Origin: the human T2T-CHM13v2.0 reference genome, Homo sapiens
Assembly (NCBI RefSeq): GCF_009914755.1
Contig: NC_060925.1
Reading direction: 5' to 3' (one strand)
DNA length: 64,000 bases
The notes under the pieces were generated by a model. That model was not told where the DNA came from and made no database searches. It was given only the letters and a program-made list of their open reading frames with translations. This document shows, in pieces, positions 1-20,090 of the stretch; position 1 is the first letter of the stretch, and each line of letters starts with the position of its first letter. Both the position numbers and the translations under genes were made by a program.

Positions 1-113
1 GGGGGGGGTCCAAGGTAGTAGCTACCCGGAGGGGTTCCTGGCGCTTGCCCTGCATCTCCAGGGCAGCCCCGCCCATACAGATAGCTGGCTGTGGCAATTC
101 TGACGTCACACAC
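1..113 (-). pseudogene. 5' end of a PEF1 (peflin) processed pseudogene, running off the window edge; start codon degenerated to ACA
   Basis: Minus-strand 92..3 translates TASYLYGRGCPGDAGQAPGTPPGSYYLGPP. This is 23/30 identical to the recalled PEF1 N-terminus MASYPYRQGCPGAAGQAPGAPPGSYYPGPP, and is preceded by 5'UTR-like GTGTGACGTCAGAAT. Confidence 0.88.
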
Positions 114-269
114 AGGCAAGGGGTAAAGTCTGGATTTTTATATCATTATAGTGGTTATGATGAATTATGCCATCTCCTTCATTTAGCATGGCAGAGTTTG
201 CCTGAGTTTACACGATGAGCTTTCTGTTATGAACCTTGACTCTATCTATTGCATAAAGGGAATTTCCTG

Positions 270-568
<299 letters not shown>

Positions 569-1023
569 GACTAAATTTTTATTTGATAAACACTTGGATT
601 TTATGTTTTGTCCACTTACAATGCTGATGGCTCTTATTAAACATTGTACTTCATTTGCCAAAAAGAATTATTATGTGAACACATATCAAAAGCCTAAAGT
701 CGTTTATGTGCCCTGGACTGGGAAAATATTTTTATAATCCAGGCAAATTACTTCTAGTAATAGAATAGACTTCTTTATTTGGACGTCTGAGAAAATTTTT
801 AAGAGGATACTAGGTAAATTCACTGCTTTTTCTCATTGTCAGATCAGTTCATTTCTGTGCTGAAAAGTCTGGGTCTGTTAATTGTCAGAAAGACAATGAG
901 TAGATGGACCTAGTAGTTGGGAGCGGCTTTCCTGTTGTAGGACCCCTTACACAAACTTTGACAGTCTTGTAAATATGTTATTTCTTTCTTTAGCAAACTA
1001 ACTTACCTTACCTCCTCTAATGA

Positions 1024-1215
<192 letters not shown>

Positions 1216-1298
1216 TAAAAACAGTGAGGGCTTGCGTATCTTTTTGGGTGCTTATACCTAGCCACTTAATTTCTATGGGTTATTAATATTTATTACTT

Positions 1299-1790
1299 CA
1301 CTCAACAAATATGTAAGAGCCTACATATGTTAGGTAGCCTATGAGGCACTGAGAATATGGTAATGAGCGACACACAGTCTGATTTTATGGAGTATACAGA
1401 GTAGTGAGTCAGTAGATGCTCTTGCCCATCTTAGTCAAATAATCACACTAATTCATGGTAAACCTACACTATGGCAAGTGCTACAGAAAAGAGATACATG
1501 AAGCAGGGAGTGGGTGGGATTTAGAGTGTTAGAGGTCAAGAAAATGTTCTTTTGAGGAAGTGAAATTTCAGCCAAAAGCTGAAAGATAGATAATTAAGTA
1601 GTCAATCAGAGAGTTTGAGGTTGATTGAACACCATGTGTAAAGGCCTGGGTAGGAGGAAGCTTGATGTGACTAGGTTAGAATTTTGTGAAATAATTGTTG
1701 GAGAGGGAGGAAGAGTGAGCAGATGAGAGAAATGTAGAATTGCTGGGCAGTTAGAGGTTGATGATGAGCCTGGTAAGAATCACAGTAGGG
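1299..1790 (-). mobile_element. L2 3' fragment
   Basis: Resembles the reverse complement of the L2 3' end (cactcaacaaatat...ggcactgagaatatggtaatgag). Confidence 0.7.
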
Positions 1791-1928
1791 CTAACCTGAC
1801 CTGTTACTTTTCTCCAGCTGCATGGGGTGTAAGTTATTAGCTTATATAGTCAAAAGCTAATTAGTAATTTAGAAGCTCTCTTTCTCTATAGCTTTGATGA
1901 CTGCTGCTTCTGAGCTCATTCTGTCTTA

Positions 1929-2240
<312 letters not shown>

Positions 2241-2587
2241 GACTCCCCTCCACCCCCACTTTCCAATTACAATGTGAAACTTCAGTCCTGGAAGGAAGGA
2301 ATAGTTTCCAAAAGAGATTTCCCCACTTGGATTACTGTTCGCTAATGAAATAAAATGTAAATTAATCAGTTTTTTAATGGGGGCAGAGTAACACAGGGGC
2401 CTGGGCATTAACATCTTAATATTTAAATAATTAAAAACTGTTCTGGGAAAAAGATTCTGCCTTTGTATGCCTTACAGAGAGACTTGGGAGATAACATCAG
2501 AAATACATTTAATATTTAACGGCAAACCACTGATATCTTCATAGTGGCATTTGGGGTTGTTAATTTTTTATCTTCTCTCTTTAACAG

Positions 2588-2643
2588 CCCTCTCTATGAT
2601 ATGCTAAGAAAGAATCTTGTCACTTTAGCCACTGCTACTACAG
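2588..2643 (+). CDS. MDM4: MDM4 exon 5 (56 nt)
   Basis: tctttaacag|CCCTCTC...ACAG|gtatgt; (S)PLYDMLRKNLVTLATATT. Confidence 0.99.
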
Positions 2644-2794
2644 GTATGTCACATCATATTTCTTCAGTCTGTATCACAGCTTTGAGTTCAAGGGGGCAAA
2701 TGATGGGAAAACAAAGAAGATGAAGGTGGAAATGGAATGCTATCTTTGGCATGACTGGGAGAAATACATACTACCTGTCACACAGAATGTTATG

Positions 2795-3500
2795 TTATTA
2801 ACTTTTTACTGAAAAATCAAACATAGAGTAGAAGGATTTCCACTTTCTAGACGTACTGTTAACGTTTTGTCATATTGCTTCATCTAGACACACTTTTAAA
2901 AATCTCTAGCAGATAAGGACTTTTTTCTCCAAACATTCAATATCATTATTACACATAACAAATTTAACATGTAATTCCATAATCCTATTTCATAGCCAGT
3001 TTATGTATCATTTCCCCCAGTTATCTCAAAAATACCTTGTATTTTTGTCTTACTTGAATTAGGATCCAAAGTCCACACATTGCCTTTGGTTGATATGTCT
3101 CATAAGTGTCTTTAATCTATAAAACTTAACTTTCCTTTTGTTTTCATGTCATTTACGTGTTGAAGAAATGGGTCATTTGTTCTGTAGAATTTCCCACGCT
3201 CTAGAGTTGGCAGATTGTATCCTTGTGATTTTGTTTAATGTGTTTCTTTACCCTCTCTATTTTTGGTAAACTGGTAGTGCTTGAATAAATTCAAGTTTAA
3301 ATTTTTTGCCAAGAAAGCTTTATAGGTAATGCTTTGTACTTCTGTTTAATCACATCAGAGTCATGTAAGGTCTGCCTGTCTATTTTAGTCAGTCATGTTA
3401 ATAATCTGTGGGCTCAGGTGGTATCAGTCTGATCCATCTGTTACACAGGTCACTCAAGAACCTTTTACCTAATGGCTTTAGCCATCTCTTATCTGAATGC
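2795..3500 (-). mobile_element. Old L1M (L1ME/L1MC-type) 3' fragment
   Basis: Typical antisense L1M 3'UTR motifs (ggatccaaagtccacacattgc..ggttgatatgtctc, ttctgtagaatttcccac). Confidence 0.65.
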
Positions 3501-3769
3501 CAATTTGTCTAACCCTTTGCTTGATTCTAGACCTTCTAAATACTGCTCTTTAACTATTAGGTATGTATAGGAAACTGGCTGTACTGGAGTCTGGAGTCTC
3601 CAAAATGGTGGTCTGTAAGAGATAGGTAAATAAACTGGACAGACTGAACATAGCCATTTCCAAATAATGAAACTTTTTCCCTCTCCACTACTACATAAAG
3701 CCCTTTTGTGAGCTTCATATTAACATTGCCCTTTGAAGAAAGCCCAAGTTAGTAATCTTTTTAGATTGA

Positions 3770-5188
<1,419 letters not shown>

Positions 5189-5543
5189 CATTTTTATTTT
5201 TTAACTTGTCGTTTTGAAAAAATTTCAGACTTAATAAAGTTGCAAAAGTATTGCATAGAGTTTCTCTATACCCTTTATCCAGAGTCCCCAAATGGTAACA
5301 TCTTACATAATAATAGTATGATGATCAAAACCAGAAAATTGCCCCAAGTAATTCTGATTGGTTATCTGTTCTGACTTGCAATTGCATTGGTGCTTGTGGA
5401 TGGCCATCTCTGTTGATTTTTGTGATTTGGGTTGCTTGTGTTTTATTTGAAAGGACAAATGAGAGAAGTGCTTTTCATATAATTTTATACCTTTGCAAAT
5501 GGGTTAAACTTTTCATTTTGATCAAGAAGATGCCATTGTTTAA

Positions 5544-6236
<693 letters not shown>

Positions 6237-6377
6237 TAATTTTAAAACTTCTTTTTTACATTGTGGTTTCACCAGATAATTTATTTTTGCTTGTAACTGT
6301 TTTAACCTAAGTAAGGTAGTAAGGCTTTGGAAATATAAATGACAGTAATAGGATTGCTTTATTAAAGAATTGCTCCT

Positions 6378-6662
6378 GGCCTGTGCGGTGGCTCATGCCT
6401 GTAATCCCAGCACTTTGGGAGGCCGAGGCGGGTGGATCACAAAGTCAGGAGTTTGAGACCAGCCTGGCCAAGATGATAAAATCCTGTCTCTACTAAAAAT
6501 ACAAAAATTAGTCAGGCGTGCGCCTATAATCCTAGCTACTTGGGAGGCTGAGGCAGGAGAATCACTTGAGCCAGGGAGGTAGAGGTTTTAGTGAGCCGAG
6601 ATTGCGCCACTGCTCTCCAGCCAGGGTGACAGAGCAAGACTCCGTCTCAAACAAACAAAAAA
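6378..6662 (+). mobile_element. Alu with TSD aattgctcc
   Basis: Sense Alu dimer. Confidence 0.95.
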
Positions 6663-7826
6663 ATTGCTCCATCTGCATTATATGTTAGTCCAACTTCGCT
6701 TTGAAGACCACTGTGGTCAGAAAATGCTGTCTCTCAAACTTTTTGTTGTCTCCGTTTGTCCACAAAAATGTTTCTGGAAATAATGTTTTTTATAATTAGA
6801 ATTTTGAAAATGTTTGCTTTTTTCAATAGAACCGCATTGACAGATCAGTTGTAGGATCTGTATCCTTCCTCTAGCAGCCTTTATCAGATGGTGATGATAT
6901 TTTCCATATTTTATCTCTGAACCTGGTAGTGGTTGGTGAACCTGACCCACAGTAGACTTATTTTGGGTCTATCTCATTCACATAGCCTCAAATAATGAAT
7001 AGTCCAGATTATTAAATTGTTTGCAGCTTGATCTTTTCGTGTAGCCAAGTTTTTGTCTTTTGTTCTACTTGAAAAATTTCTTTGTAAGTCCTTGGAATGC
7101 ATTTCTCTTTTAGATTAATGTAATATCTAAGAATTTCTCTGTACTGTGTTGTTTTCCTTGGTTCTTTTTATTGGCCTTGAGAAAAACTTTATTTGCTGCT
7201 GCTTCTTAGGAAATGTTTATAGTAACTGGGAAAAATAAGACAATGAAAAAAATTAATTTATATACAGGTGATGGTAATGGGAATTTAAACCATAAAATTA
7301 TCCTTGACACTTAGAATGTCGCTTTAGATGAAGATGCTATTGTTTTATGAAGCAAACGGGGAAAAATCCAGATTTCAAGATCCCATAACCCTGTATGACT
7401 TAACACTTGAAAGTTGAAATTAAATGTAAAAAGCCATACACTCTTTTCCTTTTGTTTGTGAGTTAGGCGAATTTGGTAATATATAGGAAGAGATGACAAA
7501 AATAGACTCCATTATGTCCTGCTTGGAACCAGTTTTCATATAAAAATTTAAAAGCTTGATATGGAAGAACATTTTTAGCTATTTTTCACTGTTTTTTTTC
7601 CCGATTATATTTTGGTAATATATTTTGGATATGGCCTGTCTTGGTCTTTGTCATTTTTATCAATTTTGATTTTTCCCTTGCAAATGAGAGCTTTGTCCAG
7701 CCAACATGGAGAAGTACATTTCTAGGGACTAAACCTGGCTCCCGGGTTGTTTGCTGAGGTCCTTTTTGTGTGGAAAGAATGGTTATTACCAGGGAAGGTT
7801 TTCCTTTTGTTTTACTTGCTATCCAG

Positions 7827-7894
7827 ATGCTGCTCAGACTCTCGCTCTCGCACAGGATCACAGTATGGATATTCCAAGTCAAGACCAACTGAAG
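7827..7894 (+). CDS. MDM4: MDM4 exon 6 (68 nt cassette exon; skipping gives MDM4-S)
   Basis: gctatccag|ATGCTG...GAAG|gtaaaa; (D)AAQTLALAQDHSMDIPSQDQLK. Confidence 0.99.
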
Positions 7895-8605
7895 GTAAAA
7901 TCACCACACGGTGACTTCTTTTGTTGTACAGAGTGGCCCCTTCTCTGTACCTATGGATCTTGGACTCCCAAGACCTTTCCCTGAATGTGGTAAGAATTTA
8001 ATAAGAAAGGTTCTTGGGAGTTCACAGACCAGGGACAGAGTGAACCTTCTCTGTTCTGCCCATAACAGAGTTCCAGTCTCTGAACCTTTCTTTGGGATGT
8101 AGCACTTCTGATCTTCAGTTCTTCCAGTTGCATTTTTCTTTGGGTTTGTGTGTACCTGTGTGTGTGTGTTTGAGGATATTGCTTTATTAGATTTTAATAG
8201 GCGTGTTGCAGTTAAGTTCATGTCAGGCCATTTCCTAAAGCTTCCCCAAACCTGGGGAAACTTTATAGTCATCTTGGTACGTGGCGAGGGTTTCATATGT
8301 TTTCTGAATTATGCCTAATTTTGTAGTAGACTGGAGGGTTTATACAGATAGCCTGTTTTTAACAGTAGATTTTGGCCTTTGTGCAGAGGTTTTTTTTCCC
8401 CCCAGGTTTGGGATTCTTCTAGCTTTGCTCACAGTGGGTTGAGGAGAGGTGTTGCCTTTATTTGATGACTGTTGTGAACTTGAGTTCTCTTTCTTGTGTG
8501 TAACCCATTGTGTTGCACACTAACTGGTGAGCCAGAATGGAACTGCTACATCCCCTGGTCTCAGTTATTTCTACTGCACTGATGGACACCTTTCCCTTCT
8601 TTCAG

Positions 8606-8705
8606 CAAAGTGCAGAGGAAAGTTCCACTTCCAGAAAAAGAACTACAGAAGACGATATCCCCACACTGCCTACCTCAGAGCATAAATGCATACATTCTAG
8701 AGAAG
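8606..8705 (+). CDS. MDM4: MDM4 exon 7 (100 nt)
   Basis: ttctttcag|CAAAGT...GAAG|gtatgt; QSAEESSTSRKRTTEDDIPTLPTSEHKCIHSRE. Confidence 0.99.
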
Positions 8706-9103
8706 GTATGTTTTGGATTAAGGCTATATAGACTTTTGTTCTCTTCCTCTTCCAACCTTTTTATTTTTAATCTCTCCGTATGTGAAGTAGGAGAGGGATA
8801 TGTCACAATTTCTCATCCTTTTCTGAAAACCTTTTTATCAGCCTAGTTACTACCATTGTTAGCTTTGAAGAGGTAGTGCTATTTTAGCAACCCGTGAGTA
8901 CTAGGATGGTGCAAGACCCTTCCATGAGCTAGCATGCTACTAGAAAATAGCTACACATTTATTGATTTGCTACCAGGTGAATTTTCTACATACATGAATT
9001 CAGCTGCCTTAGACTTTTCAATCTTAGTATTCTTGTATGTATATGATTTGGTTAGAATTTTTATTTTGATTTATCTACTTGAGGCAAAGGCCAATTTTCA
9101 TAC

Positions 9104-9682
<579 letters not shown>

Positions 9683-9766
9683 CAATTTTTACACATTTTG
9701 AAGTTTGCAAAGATGACATAATATACTTAATCACAAAGCCAAGAATGAGATATAAGAAGCCTGGTA

Positions 9767-10765
<999 letters not shown>

Positions 10766-10840
10766 GTTTTTGCCCTTGGATGGTAGTCACCAGATCTTTG
10801 CCATTCCATTAGATATGTTGTGGTCAGGCTAATGAGTTCA

Positions 10841-11888
<1,048 letters not shown>

Positions 11889-13180
11889 TTGGGGGCAAGG
11901 GCAGGTATTTAAGAATAGCCAACTCAAGGGGGGATATGTAGTTTGTGATGAAAATTTGGGAATAAATAATAGTATTTTCAGGAAGACCTATAGGTAGAAG
12001 GGACAGAATTTTTATTTGTGGAAAGAATGACCTATTTTCATTTCCTTCATAAGTTGTAGAGCTCGAGTAGGGAAGAATAACTTTAATATGGCACCATTTC
12101 AAGAATTTGGCTTCTGATAGTTTCAATAATGAATAAGTGGAAACATAATTGAAGTTTCCCTGGCCACAGATAAGCCTTTTAGTCAGCAATATTGACATAA
12201 TTTATAAGTAAATAGGGTAACCTTATGTTCTGGCAAGGACCCATGTATTGCAGAAATTCTTTCACCATATGTACTTCAGCACACGTTAACCCCATGGTTG
12301 CTATGGGCAGGCCTAATGTATTGGGAGGAGGTAGAAGAGAATGAGAAAGTAAGAAAGGAGCAGTAGAGCCCAACAAAAGACTGGAGTATGGGAAAGAAAA
12401 GAGTATCATGTGATAACAACAGACTTATGTTAATTAGCTGCCCTCAGTGTCATTCAAATGTACAATGTGAGATCTTTTACTTGAAATAACGTGGGGTCTT
12501 AGTATTTGTGGTATGTCTAGATACTTAACTCTAAGAGCCCATTGATCCAGCGAGGGCATATGTATGTATTTGGACAACCTAGAGTTTAGTGTTTTATAGT
12601 GGTTGTTACCTACTAAAACATACGAATTATTGAGAATTGACCCAGAATATGTGGTACCAGTGAGATTGCCTGGACAACCTTGTGATCACCTATTATGGTT
12701 TGTATTGCCTTGCTTTGATCTTAAGGGTTAGACCACTATGTTACCATCATTTGCAATGCTGTTAATCAAACTATTATCAGGCACTATGTACTAGAGCAAG
12801 TAATTCTATAGTTTATACATGGTAGGAGTGTTTAAAATACCAGTAAATGCCCATTTAGAAATTCTTTTAGCACAAGGTCATTGTTCAGATGCTTTTAGAG
12901 TCTTTTTTTTTTCCTGTCTTCTCATAGAAGACAATGCTTTTAGAGTTTAAACTTGATAAACGATGATCTGTTTGTAGTGTCATTACTTGCTAATGAAGTC
13001 TAAACAAGGGAGGAGATTTGAGCTCTGCCACTAAGACAGATACTTGATTTCTGGTTCTTTCTTTCTTAGAACAGGAATTTCTTTTTACCTATTTTATAAA
13101 GAAGTTTTAAGTATTCTAAAGATAGTCTTAGTTATTACGTATTGTGCATAGTTATCATTCTTTTCATTTGACTTCTATAG

Positions 13181-13341
13181 ATGAAGACTTAATTGAAAAT
13201 TTAGCCCAAGATGAAACATCTAGGCTGGACCTTGGATTTGAGGAGTGGGATGTAGCTGGCCTGCCTTGGTGGTTTTTAGGAAACTTGAGAAGCAACTATA
13301 CACCTAGAAGTAATGGCTCAACTGATTTACAGACAAATCAG
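13181..13341 (+). CDS. MDM4: MDM4 exon 8 (161 nt; contains the W200/W201 autoinhibitory motif FEEWDVAGLPWWFL)
   Basis: cttctatag|ATGAAG...ATCAG|gtaaat; (D)EDLIENLAQDETSRLDLGFEEWDVAGLPWWFLGNLRSNYTPRSNGSTDLQTNQ. Confidence 0.99.
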
Positions 13342-13399
13342 GTAAATTTCACATTTGAAGGGAAGTGGTTTTTTTTCTTTTGAAAGGGTAACATTCTTG

Positions 13400-14357
13400 G
13401 TTACTCTTGACCACACATTATATTCTCTAAGAATTCTTATTTACTCCTATGGCGTTAAATACCATCTGTATGCATGTGATACCCAAATCTGTATCTCTAG
13501 TCCTTACCTCTTCCCTAAATGCCCAACTTCAGTTTCCAGATGCCTATTTAACTAACAACTCTACTTAGAGGATTTGACATTGAACAATTTCAAAATGGAG
13601 CCTTTGGCTGTGCGTAGTGGCTCATGCCTGTAATCTCTGGGAGTCCCAGCCTATAACACTGGGAGGCCGAGACAGGAGGATTGCTTGAGCCCAGGAGTTT
13701 GAGACCAGCCTAGGCAACATAGACACCATTTTTACAAAAAATTAAAAATTAGCCAGGCGTGGTGGCGTGCGCCTGTTTTACTATAGTAATAACTGATTCA
13801 GCCCCCTCCTTCCTCACTTCCTGTCATTCTTCTTTGTTCACTACATGCGTTTTGGATATACTAGGCTCCTTTCTGACACTGTAGCCCAAAATTGCTGCCT
13901 TCCTCAGGCACCTTAAGTTTGTTCTTTACTCTTTCTGGAACACTGTTCCCCCACATTCTTTCTTTGCCTTCTCATGATTTAGGACTCACCTCAAATGTAA
14001 TTTCTTCAAAGAGGTCATCCCTGGCCACAAAGGCTATTATGTTACACAGTTCCAGTAGGATCCATTCGCTTTTTGTTTTGGAGCTGTGTAGCTATAGGTG
14101 GTGGCCCTGCCAAACCCATCCCTAGTTAAAATAGCCTCCTCTCTAGCCACTCTTCTCTTTTATCCTATTTTATTCTCCATAGTACTTCTCACTTTGTAAA
14201 AATATTGCTATATTTTATGTATGTGTTGTCTGTTTACCACTGAAATGTAAGGCCAGGGCTTTTGTATTATTCACTACTTTTTCCATTACCTGGTACCTAG
14301 AACAGTATGTGGCACATAATAGGTATTCAGTGAGTATTTGTTTAATAAATGGATGAG
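13400..14357 (+). mobile_element. L2 3' portion interrupted by a partial Alu (about 13606-13775)
   Basis: L2 motifs (taccatctgtatgc..cccaaatctgtatctctag; ggcacataataggtattcagtgagtatttgtt). Confidence 0.75.
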
Positions 14358-14931
14358 TATTTAATAGTGTGCAAAATAATAAATTGTCTCTCATGAATGT
14401 TGTAGAAAAGCATGTCATGAAATATTCATAGATGAATGCAGAAGGTTAGTTCTATATGGAGTTCAGAAAGTGTCAGGACAAAAGGTTTGGGTGACCATCA
14501 GTATTTCTCATATTTCTTTAATAAACATCCTTGACCATTTTAAGGGAAAGAATATGTCAGAACTAATGGAATGTTTTGTAGCTTCTTAGAGTGTCACCTG
14601 TAGAAGGGAATTTAGGGAATAGATTCTATTTACTTGAGCAACTACAAGTCCTTACCTTTTAAACTCTTCAGTACTGTTTCTTAGGTGTTATACCTGATTT
14701 AGTGTTAAAAGAGAAAAGTCCATGCCTGACACCATTATATCCATCCATTAGTTTATCCACAGTAGGTGTCAAGTAGATATATGTTGAATGAATACATGTC
14801 CACTGAATAAAGGCAAGATGTTCTTTGGCGATGTAGTGTGACGACATTGAGTTTTGGGTTCATTTGTGTTGTTTCAACATCTCTGATAAACCTCTGAATA
14901 CAGAAACTCATGTTTGTTTTTTTTCTGTTAG

Positions 14932-15081
14932 GATGTGGGTACTGCCATTGTTTCAGATACTACAGATGACTTGTGGTTTTTGAATGAGTCAGTATCAGAG
15001 CAGTTAGGTGTTGGAATAAAAGTTGAAGCTGCTGATACTGAACAAACAAGTGAAGAAGTAGGGAAAGTAAGTGACAAAAAG
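14932..15081 (+). CDS. MDM4: MDM4 exon 9 (150 nt, in-frame cassette; acidic region)
   Basis: ttctgttag|GATGTG...AAAAG|gtatgt; DVGTAIVSDTTDDLWFLNESVSEQLGVGIKVEAADTEQTSEEVGKVSDKK. Confidence 0.99.
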
Positions 15082-15372
15082 GTATGTTGTGGAAAAATTC
15101 CATGTTGATTCTGTTTGTGTGCTCATAGTATCATCTGTTGAGATTTCTTTGTATCTGTTTTTACAACAGATTGCTCACATAATCCCCTTTTTAACTTTAA
15201 TTAATTTTTCAATCCAATTTTAAGATTCACATTAAGTAATGTTAACCAGGGCTGCCTTAAAAGCCCCTACTTAGTCAAAAGCAGTAAGCTACTCTTTTTT
15301 CCCCTGATTATAGCAACAAGCTACCTTTTCTCTCCCTTTTCTCTCCCTTTGCTAACAAGGTAAGGTGCTAAT

Positions 15373-15589
15373 CAAGCTTGTCCAACCCACAGCCTGTGGA
15401 CCACATGCGGCCCAGAACAACTTTGAATCAACACAAATTCATAAACTTTTAAAAAACATTATGAGTTTTCTTGCGATTTTTTTTCTCCTTTTAGCTCATC
15501 AGTTATCATTAGTGTTAGTGTATTTTATGTGTGGCCCAAGACAATTCTTCCAGTGTGACCCAGGGAAGCCAAAAGGTTGGACACCCCTG
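15373..15589 (-). mobile_element. MER30 (hAT-Charlie), near full length
   Basis: Ends CAAGCTTGTCCAACC...GGTTGGACACCCCTG match the MER30 termini. Confidence 0.88.
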
Positions 15590-16099
15590 TTGTAAATGAA
15601 CAGCAGTCTGTAGGAGAAAACTTATTTCTTGGAAATCTTGATAGCTTCCATAACCATGTTGTACCTAAATGGAAAGATAAGATTATTTCTTTGTAGCTAT
15701 TTTAGTGTTAAAATAGTAGAAAAGAGGGGAGATTGAACTCTGAGTACATACATATGGTATGTACTCATGAAGTACTCATGTGTATGGTATGTACTCATGT
15801 ACAGATGAAGAGTCATACAGGCAACTTGCTCAAGACTCAGAAGAAATTGGGGAGGAGATCCAGTGGCCAGCATGTAGAAGAGTGTTGGTAAACATCCATC
15901 GGATAAATACAGCAAAGAAAAAATTGGGTCATCCTTTTTAGTTATTTAAGGGATTTTCATAAGAATTTTGAGTTCCTGAAGGATACCCTAGTATATTCGT
16001 TGTAGTCAAATGGTACCTGGGTTCTCTTAGACTAGTTATATGGGTAGCATTAGAAGGAATGCAGGTGGCTTGAATTAAGACAAAAGTGACATTTGGAAA

Positions 16100-18429
<2,330 letters not shown>

Positions 18430-19520
18430 ATGTTTCCATCTTAATCAGACTTCTGTGGCTACTTGGGTGCAGAAAACCTATTAAGCAAATGGACTGTATT
18501 TCATCATATCAAAGATGCCATTGAATTTAATAAGCCCTATTATTTTATGTCCTACTAAGAAAAAGTGATGCCAATTAAACTGTGGCACACCATCACTCAT
18601 GAATTCCAAATCTTTATGAAGTTCCTTTGATTATTTGTATAGCATTTTAAATGAGATTGGAAGATCTTAGACTGGCAAGAGTGTTTTGAGGCCATCTGGA
18701 ATCCCAGTTTAACACATGGTTGTGCCCTTGCCTCAGTCTGGACAATTGAGTTATGACTTCTAGACTTGAAGTGCTTGGCCTTTGACCTAAAAGTAATCAA
18801 GTTCAGCTTATGTCAAATCAAATCCTGTCAAAGCCAGTTAACCGCATTAAATATTCTTTCTTGTTCCCTGTAGCTATTTTTGAATTAAGCAAAGCATTTA
18901 AAATTCATTGAGATCTAGTGTCTCCTAATTTGAATATGGAGAAGTAGGGAAAAATTACTTGGCATTCAAGGACAATAACATTTATTTTTCAGAGGGCATG
19001 ATTTAGGCATACAGTTACACCTATAATTCTGGGTGCAATGAGAGTGCATGAGTAAATTTAGTCGTTTTCAAATCTCATTTGTTTTAGCTTTCTTTTTTGC
19101 CAAACTTTATAACATTTGCTATTAGTGTAGAAAAGAATGACAGAGTATTCTCTTCATTCTTCAGCCTCTTGCCCGATAAAGGAGTAAGTTGTGCAAAGAA
19201 AAATAACTCCAAAGAAGCCCATAAGGTACAGCAAACAATGTAAATTTCACCGAGATGAGGTAGAAAGCCACCTTTCTTAAAGCCACTTTCTTAAAGATAA
19301 CTATATCAGATTTTGGCTTGAAAATAGCAGTTGTGGCACTATCAGTGTAAACCTTCCAAAGACTTTCCTTCATGTGGCTGTAGAATTTGCTCAAATCCTA
19401 GGCTAGATCACTGGTGTGGAATAGCTTAGTGAGAGGATGTGAATGAATTTGACCTCCTTTCCTTTTTCTCAGCATCATATTAACCCCCTGAGTATTAATT
19501 GGCTTCACTTGTCTTTGTAG

Positions 19521-20090
19521 GATGAGTGGCAGTGTACTGAATGCAAGAAATTTAACTCTCCAAGCAAGAGGTACTGTTTTCGTTGTTGGGCCTTGAGGAA
19601 GGATTGGTATTCAGATTGTTCAAAGTTAACCCATTCTCTCTCCACGTCTGATATCACTGCCATACCTGAAAAGGAAAATGAAGGAAATGATGTCCCTGAT
19701 TGTCGAAGAACCATTTCGGCTCCTGTCGTTAGACCTAAAGATGCGTATATAAAGAAAGAAAACTCCAAACTTTTTGATCCCTGCAACTCAGTGGAATTCT
19801 TGGATTTGGCTCACAGTTCTGAAAGCCAAGAGACCATCTCAAGCATGGGAGAACAGTTAGATAACCTTTCTGAACAGAGAACAGATACAGAAAACATGGA
19901 GGATTGCCAGAATCTCTTGAAGCCATGTAGCTTATGTGAGAAAAGACCACGAGACGGGAACATTATTCATGGAAGGACGGGCCATCTTGTCACTTGTTTT
20001 CACTGTGCCAGAAGACTAAAGAAGGCTGGGGCTTCATGCCCTATTTGCAAGAAAGAGATTCAGCTGGTTATTAAGGTTTTTATAGCATAA
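19521..20090 (+). CDS. MDM4: MDM4 exon 11 coding part (aa 302-490): RanBP2-type C4 zinc finger, DVPD caspase site, RRTISAP 14-3-3 site, C-terminal RING
   Basis: gtctttgtag|GATGAG; DEWQCTECKKFNSPSKRYCFRC...CSLC..HGRTGHLVTCFHC..CPICKKEIQLVIKVFIA-TAA. Confidence 0.99.
   Translation, partial: DEWQCTECKKFNSPSKRYCFRCWALRKDWYSDCSKLTHSLSTSDITAIPEKENEGNDVPDCRRTISAPVVRPKDAYIKKENSKLFDPCNSVEFLDLAHSSESQETISSMGEQLDNLSEQRTDTENMEDCQNLLKPCSLCEKRPRDGNIIHGRTGHLVTCFHCARRLKKAGASCPICKKEIQLVIKVFIA

Noticed and set aside
19593-20090. 165-aa ORF as a stand-alone gene
   Set aside because: It starts at a TTG inside MDM4 exon 11; the real exon begins at 19521.
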